Shown here piece by piece: positions 19,128-29,080 of a stretch of DNA of 64,000 nucleotides (the first letter of the stretch is position 1; every line of letters starts with the position of its first letter). The translations under genes and the position numbers were made by a program. The notes under the pieces are model-generated. The model searched no databases. It saw only the letters and a list, made by a program, of their open reading frames with translations, and was not told where the DNA came from. Source of the stretch: an uncultured virus (IMG/VR IMGVR_UViG_3300012983_000042) (lineage: Duplodnaviria > Heunggongvirae > Uroviricota > Caudoviricetes); the IMG/VR virus record IMGVR_UViG_3300012983_000042; one strand, written 5' to 3'.

Positions 19128-20402
19128 TTATTTATTTAAGAATGTACCGAAGCCTGTTTTAGGGACAGGTTTTGACTTTGCTTTTTTAATCTCATTAGTT
19201 GAACAGAAGTCTTGCTCAACATTCTTTTGATTTGAACTTTCCAAAACATTATCGAGATATTTCAAAACTTGGTCAGCGTAGTATGCAGCTGTACATACTG
19301 GAACGTTTTGTCCAATCATACCTGCTTTACCTTTAGGCGGACATTCAAAGTCATCAGGCATTGCCATCAAACGCATACATTCTCTTAAAGAGTAACCTCG
19401 TTCTTCAACTGGGTGCCAACACCTTCCCATTGAACGACCATATAAAGATGGAAGTTTTGATGGACCATAGTAAAGTGGAGCACCTGACATCCATCCTTTA
19501 CCTTGGGCTTTCTTACCGATACAATAGTCAATAATCTTTTGACCCTTTTCATTAAAATATTTTTTAGCCATTTCCATATCGCCACATTCATCTGCAACAA
19601 AGTCTGCAGCTGCTGCGTGATTCGCCCATTCTTCACGATAGTTTGGACCCCATTTGTCTTTCAAGTACTGAATCCAACCGTCATCTTCAGATCTTTCTTG
19701 ATAAGCAGACTCTTGCTTTGGCAATCCTTCAAGAATGTCCATAATAGTTGGTACAGGAACTGGGTCAAATGTCATAAGTGGCGCGCATTCATCTTTGTAA
19801 GCAATAAAGAATGTACGAGTACGATTCTGTGGTAGTCCGTGATTAAGTGTGTTTACTTTAACGATGTTTGTTGCGTAGCCTGCTTCATTAGAAAGTTGAA
19901 TTAGTTTTTCTTTAATACCTGCACCAAGAGGTGTTGCAAGTTTATAAGCGTTTTCAAAGATATAAACTTTTGGCTTAATCACATTCAATGTAATGTCCAA
20001 CATACCCAACATATTGTTATTTTGTACAGCATCCGAGCCACGACCCATCTTTGATGATGAGCTGCTTTGCGTGTTAGCTGATGAAAGCCCTGCACAAATA
20101 GGTACACCTACTACAACATCAAGATCTTGCAACTCAGGGTCAGTCCAATTGTAGAGTGGATTTCCTTCTTCATCTTTCTTTAAGTCTTTTGCAAGTGAGT
20201 AAGCTCCGCCGTCAATTACAAAATGTTTTAATGGTGTCTTTTTAACATCAGCCATATAGTTAATGTAAAGTTCAGAGTTGGCAACTCCGTCGTAGTCGAT
20301 GACACAAGTAGGTTTGCAACCAAACGACTTTTCTGCGCCTAGAGCGCACCCACCTATAAGAGGTTGGAACGCTGCCCACTTTACTTTTCCAAAATTACTC
20401 AT
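19128..20402 (-). CDS. C5-cytosine DNA methyltransferase-family protein with atypical motifs
   Basis: Motif I FQPLIGG, IV PICAGLS, VI FENA, VIII QNRTR, IX SLRECMRLM, X GQNVP. Confidence 0.85.
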   Translation of the reverse strand: MSNFGKVKWAAFQPLIGGCALGAEKSFGCKPTCVIDYDGVANSELYINYMADVKKTPLKHFVIDGGAYSLAKDLKKDEEGNPLYNWTDPELQDLDVVVGVPICAGLSSANTQSSSSSKMGRGSDAVQNNNMLGMLDITLNVIKPKVYIFENAYKLATPLGAGIKEKLIQLSNEAGYATNIVKVNTLNHGLPQNRTRTFFIAYKDECAPLMTFDPVPVPTIMDILEGLPKQESAYQERSEDDGWIQYLKDKWGPNYREEWANHAAAADFVADECGDMEMAKKYFNEKGQKIIDYCIGKKAQGKGWMSGAPLYYGPSKLPSLYGRSMGRCWHPVEERGYSLRECMRLMAMPDDFECPPKGKAGMIGQNVPVCTAAYYADQVLKYLDNVLESSNQKNVEQDFCSTNEIKKAKSKPVPKTGFGTFLNK

Positions 20403-20441
20403 ATATCCTCCAAATCAATTTTTATCTAGTAGACTATTATT

Positions 20442-20465
20442 TATATTAACATTCTGTGACTAACT
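20442..20465. promoter_or_regulatory. back-to-back class-2 (- strand) and class-3 (+ strand) motifs
   Basis: TATATTAACA 20442-20451 (toward the MTase); ACTAACT 20459-20465, 3 nt before ATG 20469. Confidence 0.6.
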
Positions 20466-20468
20466 ACT

Positions 20469-20885
20469 ATGGGTATTGACTTTAAGAATGCATACAAAAC
20501 TTTTATACAGTCTCTTGATGAAGGCGCACAACCAATGGACGCTGAAAATCCTTACAAGTTCCAACTAACAAAAATGGTGTCTTTACGCGATGCTAAAGAA
20601 AAGTTTAACAAAGAAAACGCAACAGTTTACTATAAGCCAAAAGAAGGTGCTTGGAAAGAACTCTCTACTGAAAGTGTAAAAGGTGGCTCTGGTGACTCAT
20701 CTTTCGCAAGCCATACCCATAGAATACCCGATGAGACTCAAGCTGGTGAAGTTTGGTCTAAAGATGCAGAAGACAACGCACCAAACGCTGTCTACGATGT
20801 AGCAATAGACCGTGACCTAGTTCTTTGGGTATGGACTGAAAGTGGTCCAAACAAAGTTGTGTCTAAGTCTGAGCCTCAAGTCTAA
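20469..20885 (+). CDS. hypothetical protein (possibly leaderless, late)
   Basis: 138-aa ORF, no SD. Confidence 0.65.
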   Translation: MGIDFKNAYKTFIQSLDEGAQPMDAENPYKFQLTKMVSLRDAKEKFNKENATVYYKPKEGAWKELSTESVKGGSGDSSFASHTHRIPDETQAGEVWSKDAEDNAPNAVYDVAIDRDLVLWVWTESGPNKVVSKSEPQV

Positions 20886-21364
20886 AAATCTTTTCCTCGT
20901 TTAAGAATTCTTTGATTGCTTGAACCTGCGTATGGAAGTTTTACGTCTTGCAGCTCCATCTTAAAAGGTCCATCAACGATAACATCAGCATACTTAAAGA
21001 TGTCATTTGTAAAAGGTGTTTGTGGAAGACTTTCACCAACAGTATAGCCTGTCCATATCCAAACATCTTTATAGATACCAAAAGCATCTCTAACTGCTTT
21101 AGCAAGCTTTAAAGTTGTTTCTTGATTCTTAGGGTCCATAGGCTCACCGCCTAAGATAGAAAGTCCTTGTATGTACTCTGGCTCTAATGATCTAATGATT
21201 CTTTGAATGACTTCGTCTGTGACAGGTGCTCCAGAGTTGAAGTCCCAAAGTTCATAGTTGAAACATCCTTTACATTTAAGAGTACAGCCACTTAAGTAAA
21301 TCACTGTTCTTACACCTGGGCCGTTTGAGGTACAATAATCTTTTATAATAGAATAGTTGCTCAT
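20882..21364 (-). CDS. nrdG: anaerobic ribonucleotide reductase activating protein (radical SAM)
   Basis: NGPGVR, GCTLKCKGCFN (CxxxCxxC), LSILGGEP, VDGPF, GSSNQR. Confidence 0.95.
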   Translation of the reverse strand: MSNYSIIKDYCTSNGPGVRTVIYLSGCTLKCKGCFNYELWDFNSGAPVTDEVIQRIIRSLEPEYIQGLSILGGEPMDPKNQETTLKLAKAVRDAFGIYKDVWIWTGYTVGESLPQTPFTNDIFKYADVIVDGPFKMELQDVKLPYAGSSNQRILKRGKDF

Positions 21365-21410
21365 TAGATAATCTCCGTACTAAATTATATATTAACAGGA
21401 GTAAAACGTT

Positions 21411-22463
21411 ATGGGAAACTATAGAGGACCAGTAGCATTTGGATTCGAACCTGCAGATGCTTTCTGGACAAATAAAAACACTTTCGAAAAGTTTGTAATT
21501 GCGACTTTTAAAGGCACAGACGCATACGACGAAGATTACTCTGTTTATGAAGGATCAGGATTTGACCTTGCAGATCATAGAGACACTGCAGGGTGCTATG
21601 GAAAAGCTGATAGCGTAGAAGATTTTGTTGTAGAAAATCTTGACTTGTCAACCTGCCCAGAGACAACAATTCTTGATGCTTACATAAACGAAGATGAAGC
21701 TCGTCTTGTTGTAAAAGTTCTTTCTACTGAAGAAGATATTGCGGAGATTAAACATTGGGAACTTACACCTTATGGTACAATGGACTTTGAAAGAGTTGAT
21801 AGTGTAGGTGATGACACATATGAAATAATCTTCAAAATAGACAGACTCAATCCTTCTTACACAGAGTTCTACGATGAAAGTAAAGACTTGCTTTTTGATA
21901 AAGTTTTGAATGAAGAAGGTTTAAATGTTAAAGATTTACATAAAACAATGGTAAACACTTATAACGCAGAAAATGTAGAGTTTGAAGCAGGTAAAAAAGC
22001 AAGATATAATAATAAAGTTGTAACACTTATAAAGCCTATGGATATAGAATGTAGCCGTTGGCAAATTAAATACTCTGATGGACATAAAGAATCTGTTTCA
22101 AGAGATTTAATAAAACCTTATAAAACAGAACTTTCTGCAAGAAAAGAGCTTTATGGTGAAGATATTGAAACTGGCGGCAATTTAAGAGAATCTGCTCGCG
22201 CTCGCTTATCTGTCGAGTTGCGTCAGTTTGTTGCTCGCTTTGTTCAAGATATGGAAACAGCGCGCCAAGGCATAAAAGATTATGACAAAATGATGGAAGC
22301 TTATGCTGAACTAGCAATAAAAACTGCTGAATGGGTAGGTCTACCTGTTGAAGTTTTGAAACATCTCAACTATATCTTGTCTGATGATTGTCTCAATTGT
22401 GATATGTGGGATCTTGTGAATGCAATAGTTGGGATAGAAAACAGAAAAAAGATGGAAAACTAA
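21411..22463 (+). CDS. hypothetical acidic protein lying between nrdG and nrdD
   Basis: 350-aa ORF, AGGAG SD, opposite strand to the nrd genes. Confidence 0.75.
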   Translation: MGNYRGPVAFGFEPADAFWTNKNTFEKFVIATFKGTDAYDEDYSVYEGSGFDLADHRDTAGCYGKADSVEDFVVENLDLSTCPETTILDAYINEDEARLVVKVLSTEEDIAEIKHWELTPYGTMDFERVDSVGDDTYEIIFKIDRLNPSYTEFYDESKDLLFDKVLNEEGLNVKDLHKTMVNTYNAENVEFEAGKKARYNNKVVTLIKPMDIECSRWQIKYSDGHKESVSRDLIKPYKTELSARKELYGEDIETGGNLRESARARLSVELRQFVARFVQDMETARQGIKDYDKMMEAYAELAIKTAEWVGLPVEVLKHLNYILSDDCLNCDMWDLVNAIVGIENRKKMEN

Positions 22464-22481
22464 AAACTTTCTAAAATAAAC

Positions 22482-22507
22482 AAGCCGCTCTTTTGAGCGG
22501 CTTTTTT
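22482..22507. terminator. bidirectional intrinsic terminator
   Basis: AAGCCGCTC-TTTT-GAGCGGCTT + T tract. Confidence 0.85.
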
Positions 22508-22510
22508 CAT

Positions 22511-24964
22511 CTATACTCTATGTAAATTACATTCACCATCGAGATGCAGTGTACGATTGTAAATATCATCACCTCGTCCCTTATTGACATTACCTGCATT
22601 TACAACTCCCATATAGCCACAGATGCGGCGTGTTACAAGTTGCTTATCAGGATCATCACATTTACATACAGGACATACGAATCTGAAGTCACCACTGTCA
22701 GTTTTAATCATCTCAAGTTCACCTTGATAACCACAGTTATAGCAAGTATCGAGTTTGGTGTTTATTTCAGCATACATAATATTTTCGTGCATAAACTGAA
22801 TAACCATTTCGATAGCTTCAGGATTCTTTTGCATATCGGGTGTTTCAATGTATGATACAGCTCCACCGCCTGAAACAGCTAAATACCTACCTTCAATCTC
22901 CAACTTAGAGAATGCATCAATCTCTTCACGAGGGTCAACGTGGTAGCTGTTTACGACATATTCTTTATCGGTAATATGTTTAATCAAACCAAAGTCTTTA
23001 GCAAGAGCAGATGCAAACTTGTAAGTAAGCGCTTCTTCTGGTGTTCCATAGATTGAATAGCCTAGGCCATCTTCAGCTTTCCATTCTTCACATTTATTGC
23101 TAAGATGTTCCAAGATCTTTAAAGAAATCTCTTGTCCATAAGATGTTGTGTTTGACTCTCCAGTTAAAGCAACACAAGTTTCATAAAGTCCAACATAACC
23201 TAATGATATGGATGCATATGCAATGTCGTGTTTTGCTAACCAGTCACCAACTGTGTCATTATCATTCAGTCTAGCTAATGCGCCGTGTTGCCAAAGTATA
23301 GGACTGTTTTTAGCTTTAATGTTCCTTACAGATTCCCATCTTGTAAGTAATGCTTTATGACAAATCTCAAGACGTTTATCAAGAATACGATAAAACTCAT
23401 CAAAAAGATACTTAGGATCAATATTGCTGTCTTTCATATTCTTAACTGCTGAAAGAGCACAATGAGGTAAGTTGATAGTAACGACACCCATATTGAAACG
23501 ACCATAAACGATAGGTTGTAAGATAACAACTTCATCTTCAGTCACTTCTCTTAACCAGCCAGTGTTTCCTCTAAAATTGATTGCTACTTCTTTCTTACAG
23601 TCAGATGGGAGGATTGAATGTGTAAGAGTTTTATTGAAGTTGATGTTCTTTCCAGGAGCGCCTTCGTATTGAACATTGTCTACTGTTGTGTACTGCCAAT
23701 AGAACACAGTGTTTCTTGGATATCTTCTTTCTTCCCATACAGGTGCTAGGAATGAGCGACATCCCATCGCAGGAATCATCTGTCCTTTCTTTACTTCACG
23801 ATTTTTCTTTTCGGAAATAATATCAGGCTGCATACGAACAGTGATACATTTTGCAGCTAACTTAGTGAGGTAATAGTAAGGATCTTTTTTCTTAACATTT
23901 AAACCATCACAGGTATAATATAACAATTTAGGGAATAGAGGCGGCATTGGCTTACCAAGCTTATCAAGAACGCCTTTAGTACGACGCTTCAGGATTTCTT
24001 CAATAATAAATGCTAAGTCTTTTTGTTCTTTTTCTCCCATAGCTTCGCGTAAGTTGAGAACGTTAGACACGAATGGAGTTTGACCATTTGATGATTGGTG
24101 ACAAAGAACTTGATACTGATAAGTTTTGATACCAACGTGGATATCACGCTTAACCATAACTTCAACCATCTTATTATACCAAGGCTTCAACATAACAGCA
24201 ATCGCTTTAGGTAAAACTGAAAGAACATTAAGAAGTTCAATTTTACAGTCAACACGAGTACTTTCAACATACTTTGCTAAATGTGCCCAAGAGAACGTTT
24301 GTCCTCCATATTGTGATCCTGAGATAATCAAGTTGATTTGTGCTGCAAGATTTGCAGCTGTTGAAAAACGACGAGGACTAGTAATCTTTGTGTCATTCAT
24401 CATAAAGCCATTGTCTAACATATCTTCAATATTAAATACATCACAATTGTGCAATGGCATCACAGGAGAGTAGTCCATATCGTGATAGTGAACTAAACCT
24501 TTCTTGTGTGGGTTGATGATGACTTTATCGAGCATTTTCTCAGCAAGTGACTTACATTCAGTGCCTGCAATGTAGTCACGAATAGATGAGTTTACATCAA
24601 TGTGCTTATTGGCGTTGTCTCCACGAAGTTCATCAGACTGGCCTTTTGTAATAGCTAAAACTTTCTCATCTACATCATCATAAAGTTTTTGATTTTGTTT
24701 CTTGTCCCTAAAGATAATATAAGCCTTCGCAATCTCATAACGATTATGCTTCATCAAAGCTTTTTCAACTAAGTCTTGAATGTCTTCTACTTTGACTGTG
24801 TCAAATGGCTCAAGAAACTTTTCAACTGTTGCTACGACTTTATTAAACTGGTCGTCATTTAACCTGCCTTCCTCAGATACTGCGCTGTTTGCTTTCTTAA
24901 TAGCATTTTCAATTTTATCTAAACAAAAATCTTGTTCAGCGCCGTTGCGTTTATAAACCTTCAT
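22511..24964 (-). CDS. nrdD: anaerobic (class III) ribonucleoside-triphosphate reductase with an ATP cone
   Basis: N-term VYKRNG ATP cone, HYHDMD, SQYGGQ, MGCRSFL, GRFNMGVVTINLP, YGTPEE, CxxC..CxxC, glycyl-radical RICGY. Confidence 0.97.
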   Translation of the reverse strand: MKVYKRNGAEQDFCLDKIENAIKKANSAVSEEGRLNDDQFNKVVATVEKFLEPFDTVKVEDIQDLVEKALMKHNRYEIAKAYIIFRDKKQNQKLYDDVDEKVLAITKGQSDELRGDNANKHIDVNSSIRDYIAGTECKSLAEKMLDKVIINPHKKGLVHYHDMDYSPVMPLHNCDVFNIEDMLDNGFMMNDTKITSPRRFSTAANLAAQINLIISGSQYGGQTFSWAHLAKYVESTRVDCKIELLNVLSVLPKAIAVMLKPWYNKMVEVMVKRDIHVGIKTYQYQVLCHQSSNGQTPFVSNVLNLREAMGEKEQKDLAFIIEEILKRRTKGVLDKLGKPMPPLFPKLLYYTCDGLNVKKKDPYYYLTKLAAKCITVRMQPDIISEKKNREVKKGQMIPAMGCRSFLAPVWEERRYPRNTVFYWQYTTVDNVQYEGAPGKNINFNKTLTHSILPSDCKKEVAINFRGNTGWLREVTEDEVVILQPIVYGRFNMGVVTINLPHCALSAVKNMKDSNIDPKYLFDEFYRILDKRLEICHKALLTRWESVRNIKAKNSPILWQHGALARLNDNDTVGDWLAKHDIAYASISLGYVGLYETCVALTGESNTTSYGQEISLKILEHLSNKCEEWKAEDGLGYSIYGTPEEALTYKFASALAKDFGLIKHITDKEYVVNSYHVDPREEIDAFSKLEIEGRYLAVSGGGAVSYIETPDMQKNPEAIEMVIQFMHENIMYAEINTKLDTCYNCGYQGELEMIKTDSGDFRFVCPVCKCDDPDKQLVTRRICGYMGVVNAGNVNKGRGDDIYNRTLHLDGECNLHRV

Positions 24965-24987
24965 AATACCTCTTTTTGTAAAAAATT

Positions 24988-25013
24988 CCTGAAGACCATA
25001 AATAGTCTTCAGG
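24988..25013 (-). terminator. hairpin upstream of nrdD (terminator/attenuator)
   Basis: CCTGAAGAC...GTCTTCAGG with a T tract on the - strand. Confidence 0.55.
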
Positions 25014-25033
25014 TTAAGAATAGAATTAGTTAG

Positions 25034-25459
25034 TTAACAACAAGATGCGTTACCATCATCTTGTTTCTTCTTCTCATCACCGACAATTTTCTCAGGGACA
25101 AACCCTGTAAAGTCTCCCGCACAGCAATCTTCAAGCAATTCATCAAAAAGCTTTTTCTTACTCTCGACTACAGTGTCAAGAATTGCAGCTTGAAACTTAC
25201 TACTGTTTGACCCGCTAATCTTATCAAAAAGAACCTGAGTAACTACTTGCGGCTTAGAAGAATCAGGTATATCCGCACGAGCAACCAACTCAGCAGCTTC
25301 ATCTCTAACATTTTTCAAGATTTCATCTGCTGTGTCGCCTTTTGGCTCATTTATCTGTCTATCAATTTTTGCAGTTGTGGCACCCATAGTTCTTCCTTCT
25401 GTAGGAGTATAAGTACCGTTAGCTAAATTGTAGACAGCTTCGAATAATTCAGCTTTCAT
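25034..25459 (-). CDS. hypothetical protein (possible internal head protein)
   Basis: GAGG SD, class-3 motif upstream, KLFDELLED motif. Confidence 0.65.
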   Translation of the reverse strand: MKAELFEAVYNLANGTYTPTEGRTMGATTAKIDRQINEPKGDTADEILKNVRDEAAELVARADIPDSSKPQVVTQVLFDKISGSNSSKFQAAILDTVVESKKKLFDELLEDCCAGDFTGFVPEKIVGDEKKKQDDGNASCC

Positions 25460-25511
25460 AATATAAACCTCGTATATTATTAGTTGCCCAGTGAATATTC
25501 TTCAAAGTATT

Positions 25512-26393
25512 TTAAGACTTTTGTTCTTGTTTTTTACTTCTTCTAGACTTCTTTGGAGCTTCTTTCTTTTCTTGCTTTCCTGATGGCTCTTCAACAGCTT
25601 CAGTACAAACTTCGCATCCACAGAGTTCGTCATTGTCTTTGATACGATTTTCTACTCTTTCGTCAATCATTTTGATAATGTCGTCAGTCATTCTTGACCC
25701 ACATACAAAGTCGCAAAGCTCATACTCTTGACATTTATCAATCCCCCAATAGAGATCGTGTGAAAGAGCTTCATCTAAAGTGTCTGCTGGAATCTTTGTT
25801 TCATTAAGATAGATTTCTTTCATCTTTTCCATAAAAAACTTATCATTTTCATATTGGTCTTGAATGTTGCGCCAAGTTTCGTGAACATACCCGAATCCCA
25901 CGTGGCGGAGTTCGTGACAAAGAACAACTGATGTTTTTGTCATCTGACGCATAGCACAAGCACATAGTAAAATAGACGCGCCTGAAGCAGCCATACCTTC
26001 AACAACACCAACACAAACCATTGGGAAGTTTTTGATATAGTCATAAAGTGCTAAAGCTGATGTCACGCATCCACCTGGTGAATTGATATGTAAATATATA
26101 TTTTCTGTAATTGAATGTGAATTAGCAAGTTCTTTTGCATTTGAAATGACATACTCTTCATATGCAGCTGTCATTTGTGTTTGTAGCCACATCTGTGACT
26201 GTGTGTCAATTACATCATAAAAGTAGATGTGATTGCCTGAACGGGAAAGATTTCTTCTGATGATTGGTGGGTCAACATCATCTTCATCATCGTTCTTTCT
26301 AAAGCTTGCAATGCATTTGCTATTATTATAAGATTTTACATCGGATGTTTTGCGTGCATCAAAAACACAACTATTATTTTTTACTTTTACCAT
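25512..26393 (-). CDS. ClpP-family serine protease
   Basis: IYLHINSPGG, GMAASGA (Ser), CHE (His), HDLYW (Asp). Confidence 0.9.
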   Translation of the reverse strand: MVKVKNNSCVFDARKTSDVKSYNNSKCIASFRKNDDEDDVDPPIIRRNLSRSGNHIYFYDVIDTQSQMWLQTQMTAAYEEYVISNAKELANSHSITENIYLHINSPGGCVTSALALYDYIKNFPMVCVGVVEGMAASGASILLCACAMRQMTKTSVVLCHELRHVGFGYVHETWRNIQDQYENDKFFMEKMKEIYLNETKIPADTLDEALSHDLYWGIDKCQEYELCDFVCGSRMTDDIIKMIDERVENRIKDNDELCGCEVCTEAVEEPSGKQEKKEAPKKSRRSKKQEQKS

Positions 26394-26401
26394 TTTATCT
26401 C

Positions 26402-26794
26402 CTAAATATTTATTTCTGAAAAGGGACTTGAATCATCTAAAGCTGGGAAACGCTTTTCATCTAAAACGAACCAGCTTTTATTATCAGTTTCATACCCTAA
26501 GAAAATCAGTGGTCTTTTCTTTTTAAAGCGACAAGCAACAACTTTCATTGAAGATGGCTTACCGTCTTTTACTTTTAATTCTTCAAAAGTAATGTACACA
26601 TCAAACACTTGACGCATCTCTGCTTTGAAGTCATTCACAAGTTGAGTTTCATCTTTATAAGTGCCTTCACCGTGTTTCTTTGCAAGATTACGAACAACTA
26701 TACCAACAGAGGCAAACTCTTTCTTTGAAAGATTTATTCCATCAGTAAGTTGAGCAGGATTTATCTTTGGATGAAATGTAGTTTTATTTATCAT
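26402..26794 (-). CDS. hypothetical protein
   Basis: Likely start ATG 26794 (GGAG SD; class-2 motif at 26813-26822). Confidence 0.7.
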   Translation of the reverse strand: MINKTTFHPKINPAQLTDGINLSKKEFASVGIVVRNLAKKHGEGTYKDETQLVNDFKAEMRQVFDVYITFEELKVKDGKPSSMKVVACRFKKKRPLIFLGYETDNKSWFVLDEKRFPALDDSSPFSEINI

Positions 26795-26871
26795 AAAATT
26801 CTCCTGTACAAGTATATTAACATATTTATAGTAATTTTTATTTAGACAAATTGACATTTTTTGTCAACTTG

Positions 26872-26907
26872 ACTTTTTTAGCTATATTGGAACAATAATA
26901 ATAATAA
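26872..26907 (-). repeat. 36-bp repeat, copy 2 (inverted)
   Basis: acttttttagctatattggaacaataataataataa is the exact reverse complement of 15242-15277. Confidence 0.9.
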
Positions 26908-26983
26908 AGGACAATAATATTTATATATAATTTTATAAAATTTTAGAAATTTGCATTTTTCATTTTGATGTTAATATAATATT

Positions 26984-29080
26984 ATGATAAAATTAGAAAG
27001 TTTACATCTTGAGCACTTTATGCGTATCACTAAAGCTGATTTAGACTTATCATCTGCTATTACTATTTTGGAAGGTGACAACGGACAGGGGAAGTCAGCC
27101 GTTATGGAAGCTATAGCAGTTTGTCTTGCTGAAAGAAAGAGAGCAGACTCTGTAAAAGAGTTTGTGCAAAAGGGATTTGACCACGCTAAAATTGTTCTTA
27201 AAATGAAATATAATTCTGTGCCAATAATCTTTAATGTTACTTTGAATGTAAGAGGTGGCACCCCTCTTGAAAGAGATGTTGAGTATGAAGGAAAACACTA
27301 CATCAACTCAGAAGTAACAGACTTAATAAAAGAGCTTGACTTTACATTCTACTCAGACATTATATTGTCTATGCAAGGACAAGATGATATTGCTACGATG
27401 ACACCTGTTCAGCGTGCAAACTTGCTTCAGCGTTTATTTCAATTTGATTTTACTGAAAAAGTAAAAGGGATCATTGATAAGATTGATGAAGCGAATGAAG
27501 CTATTAAATTGGACAACTCAAAGATTGATTATCTTAATAAGGAACTTGTTGCCAAGAAAGCTCGTCGTGATTCTGTTGTGTTGAAAGAGCCTCCTTTTGA
27601 CTCAATTTCGTACTATACTAAGAAGTCAGAACAAGATAATTTGTTTGAAGAACTTACAAAAATCAAAAAGATTATGGGCGAAGTAAATGAGCTTCAGGAC
27701 AAGAGAAACAATATTGTTGAAAAATCAAACAGCTTAGGCTATAAGATTCAAGAACTCAAACAGAGAAAAGAAACAGCTCAGGCAGCTAAAAACGAACTTG
27801 AGATTTTTGATTTTGATGGGAAAAGTCTTGCAATGACTTCTGAAATTGAAACCTTAAGAAAAGATATTGACAGTCAAAACAAAGATCTTCAAACGCTTGA
27901 TGTATCAATTAAATCCAATCAAACAAAGCAGACAGAAGTTCTTCAAAATATCGCGACTTGTCAGTACAAAGATGCTGAGTTTTCAAAGAAGCTATCATTG
28001 ATAGAAAGAGGTGTTTGCCCTGAGTGTGGTCAGTCCACTTGTGGTATGGATCATTCTGTAATAGAGTATGATAAGGACACAAACTCTTGTGAAATAATTC
28101 GTTTGAAAGAAGAAGATGAAAGCGTCAATTTTGCTATCGCAAATGATAGACGCAAGAAAGAAGAAGTCCGTAAAAACATCTCAAGTTTGATTTCAAAGAA
28201 AGCAGCGGCTGAAGCAAACTTAGCTTCATTGGAAAGTACTTACAATATTTTGAAGTTAAAAGTAATGCCACTTGAAGTTTATGAACAACTTGAAAGTGAT
28301 TTGAAAAATGCTGAAGTAGACCAAGCAGCTTTAGTTGATGCTTATAACAAAATTATAAGTGAACTCGAGAGTCATAAAGATGCTTTGTCAAGTCAAGACT
28401 TTGTAGAGAAAAGATATGAAGCAGTTAAAGCTGAGATTAAAGCGTTCGATAATGTAATGGTGTTTAATGATGCTGCACAAAAACAAATCGAACAATATGA
28501 TGAAGATATTGAGAACAGTGAGATGAACATTGAGGAAATCAAAAACATAGTTGCGTCTCTTACAAAAGATATTGAATGTTATAACGAAGTAAAGAAAGTT
28601 CTTGATAAAGAGCTACCCAACTTCTTAATCGTTAAGACCTGTTCAAAACTTGAAAGTGAGATGAATGTTTTTGTACAAGAAGTTTTCCCTGAGTTTAGAA
28701 TAAGACTGCTTCAAAGCAAACGCGGCGTTGAGTTCTTTTATACTGTTGATGCTAATAACAATATGGAAGATGTAAAGACACTAATCAATTCAAAAATGGC
28801 TTCAGGATATGAACGTTCAGTTTTAGGTATAGCATTCAAGGTTGCTTTATGTAGAGCTTATGGATTGACATTTGCTGCACTCGATGAAATTGACTCAGCT
28901 GCATCAGATGACAACAGTATGAAAACTTTCTCAAGTTTAATCAATTCAAATGTTTTTGACCAAATGATCTTTATCACACATAAAGAACCAACGAAAGAAA
29001 TGATTCGTTCTCTTGCTGATGATGTCACTTGTTATCACGTTGAAGGCGGGGTGTTCACAAATGAAACTGTCGAAAACTAA
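26984..29080 (+). CDS. Rad50/SbcC/T4 gp46-like SMC ATPase
   Basis: Walker A GDNGQGKS, Q-loop MQG, coiled coil with a CPEC zinc hook, signature ASGYE, Walker B AALDE, H-loop FITH. Confidence 0.93.
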   Translation: MIKLESLHLEHFMRITKADLDLSSAITILEGDNGQGKSAVMEAIAVCLAERKRADSVKEFVQKGFDHAKIVLKMKYNSVPIIFNVTLNVRGGTPLERDVEYEGKHYINSEVTDLIKELDFTFYSDIILSMQGQDDIATMTPVQRANLLQRLFQFDFTEKVKGIIDKIDEANEAIKLDNSKIDYLNKELVAKKARRDSVVLKEPPFDSISYYTKKSEQDNLFEELTKIKKIMGEVNELQDKRNNIVEKSNSLGYKIQELKQRKETAQAAKNELEIFDFDGKSLAMTSEIETLRKDIDSQNKDLQTLDVSIKSNQTKQTEVLQNIATCQYKDAEFSKKLSLIERGVCPECGQSTCGMDHSVIEYDKDTNSCEIIRLKEEDESVNFAIANDRRKKEEVRKNISSLISKKAAAEANLASLESTYNILKLKVMPLEVYEQLESDLKNAEVDQAALVDAYNKIISELESHKDALSSQDFVEKRYEAVKAEIKAFDNVMVFNDAAQKQIEQYDEDIENSEMNIEEIKNIVASLTKDIECYNEVKKVLDKELPNFLIVKTCSKLESEMNVFVQEVFPEFRIRLLQSKRGVEFFYTVDANNNMEDVKTLINSKMASGYERSVLGIAFKVALCRAYGLTFAALDEIDSAASDDNSMKTFSSLINSNVFDQMIFITHKEPTKEMIRSLADDVTCYHVEGGVFTNETVEN

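Noticed and set aside
23505..23745. Intein or intron in nrdD
   Set aside because: In frame, short, and lacking splicing motifs
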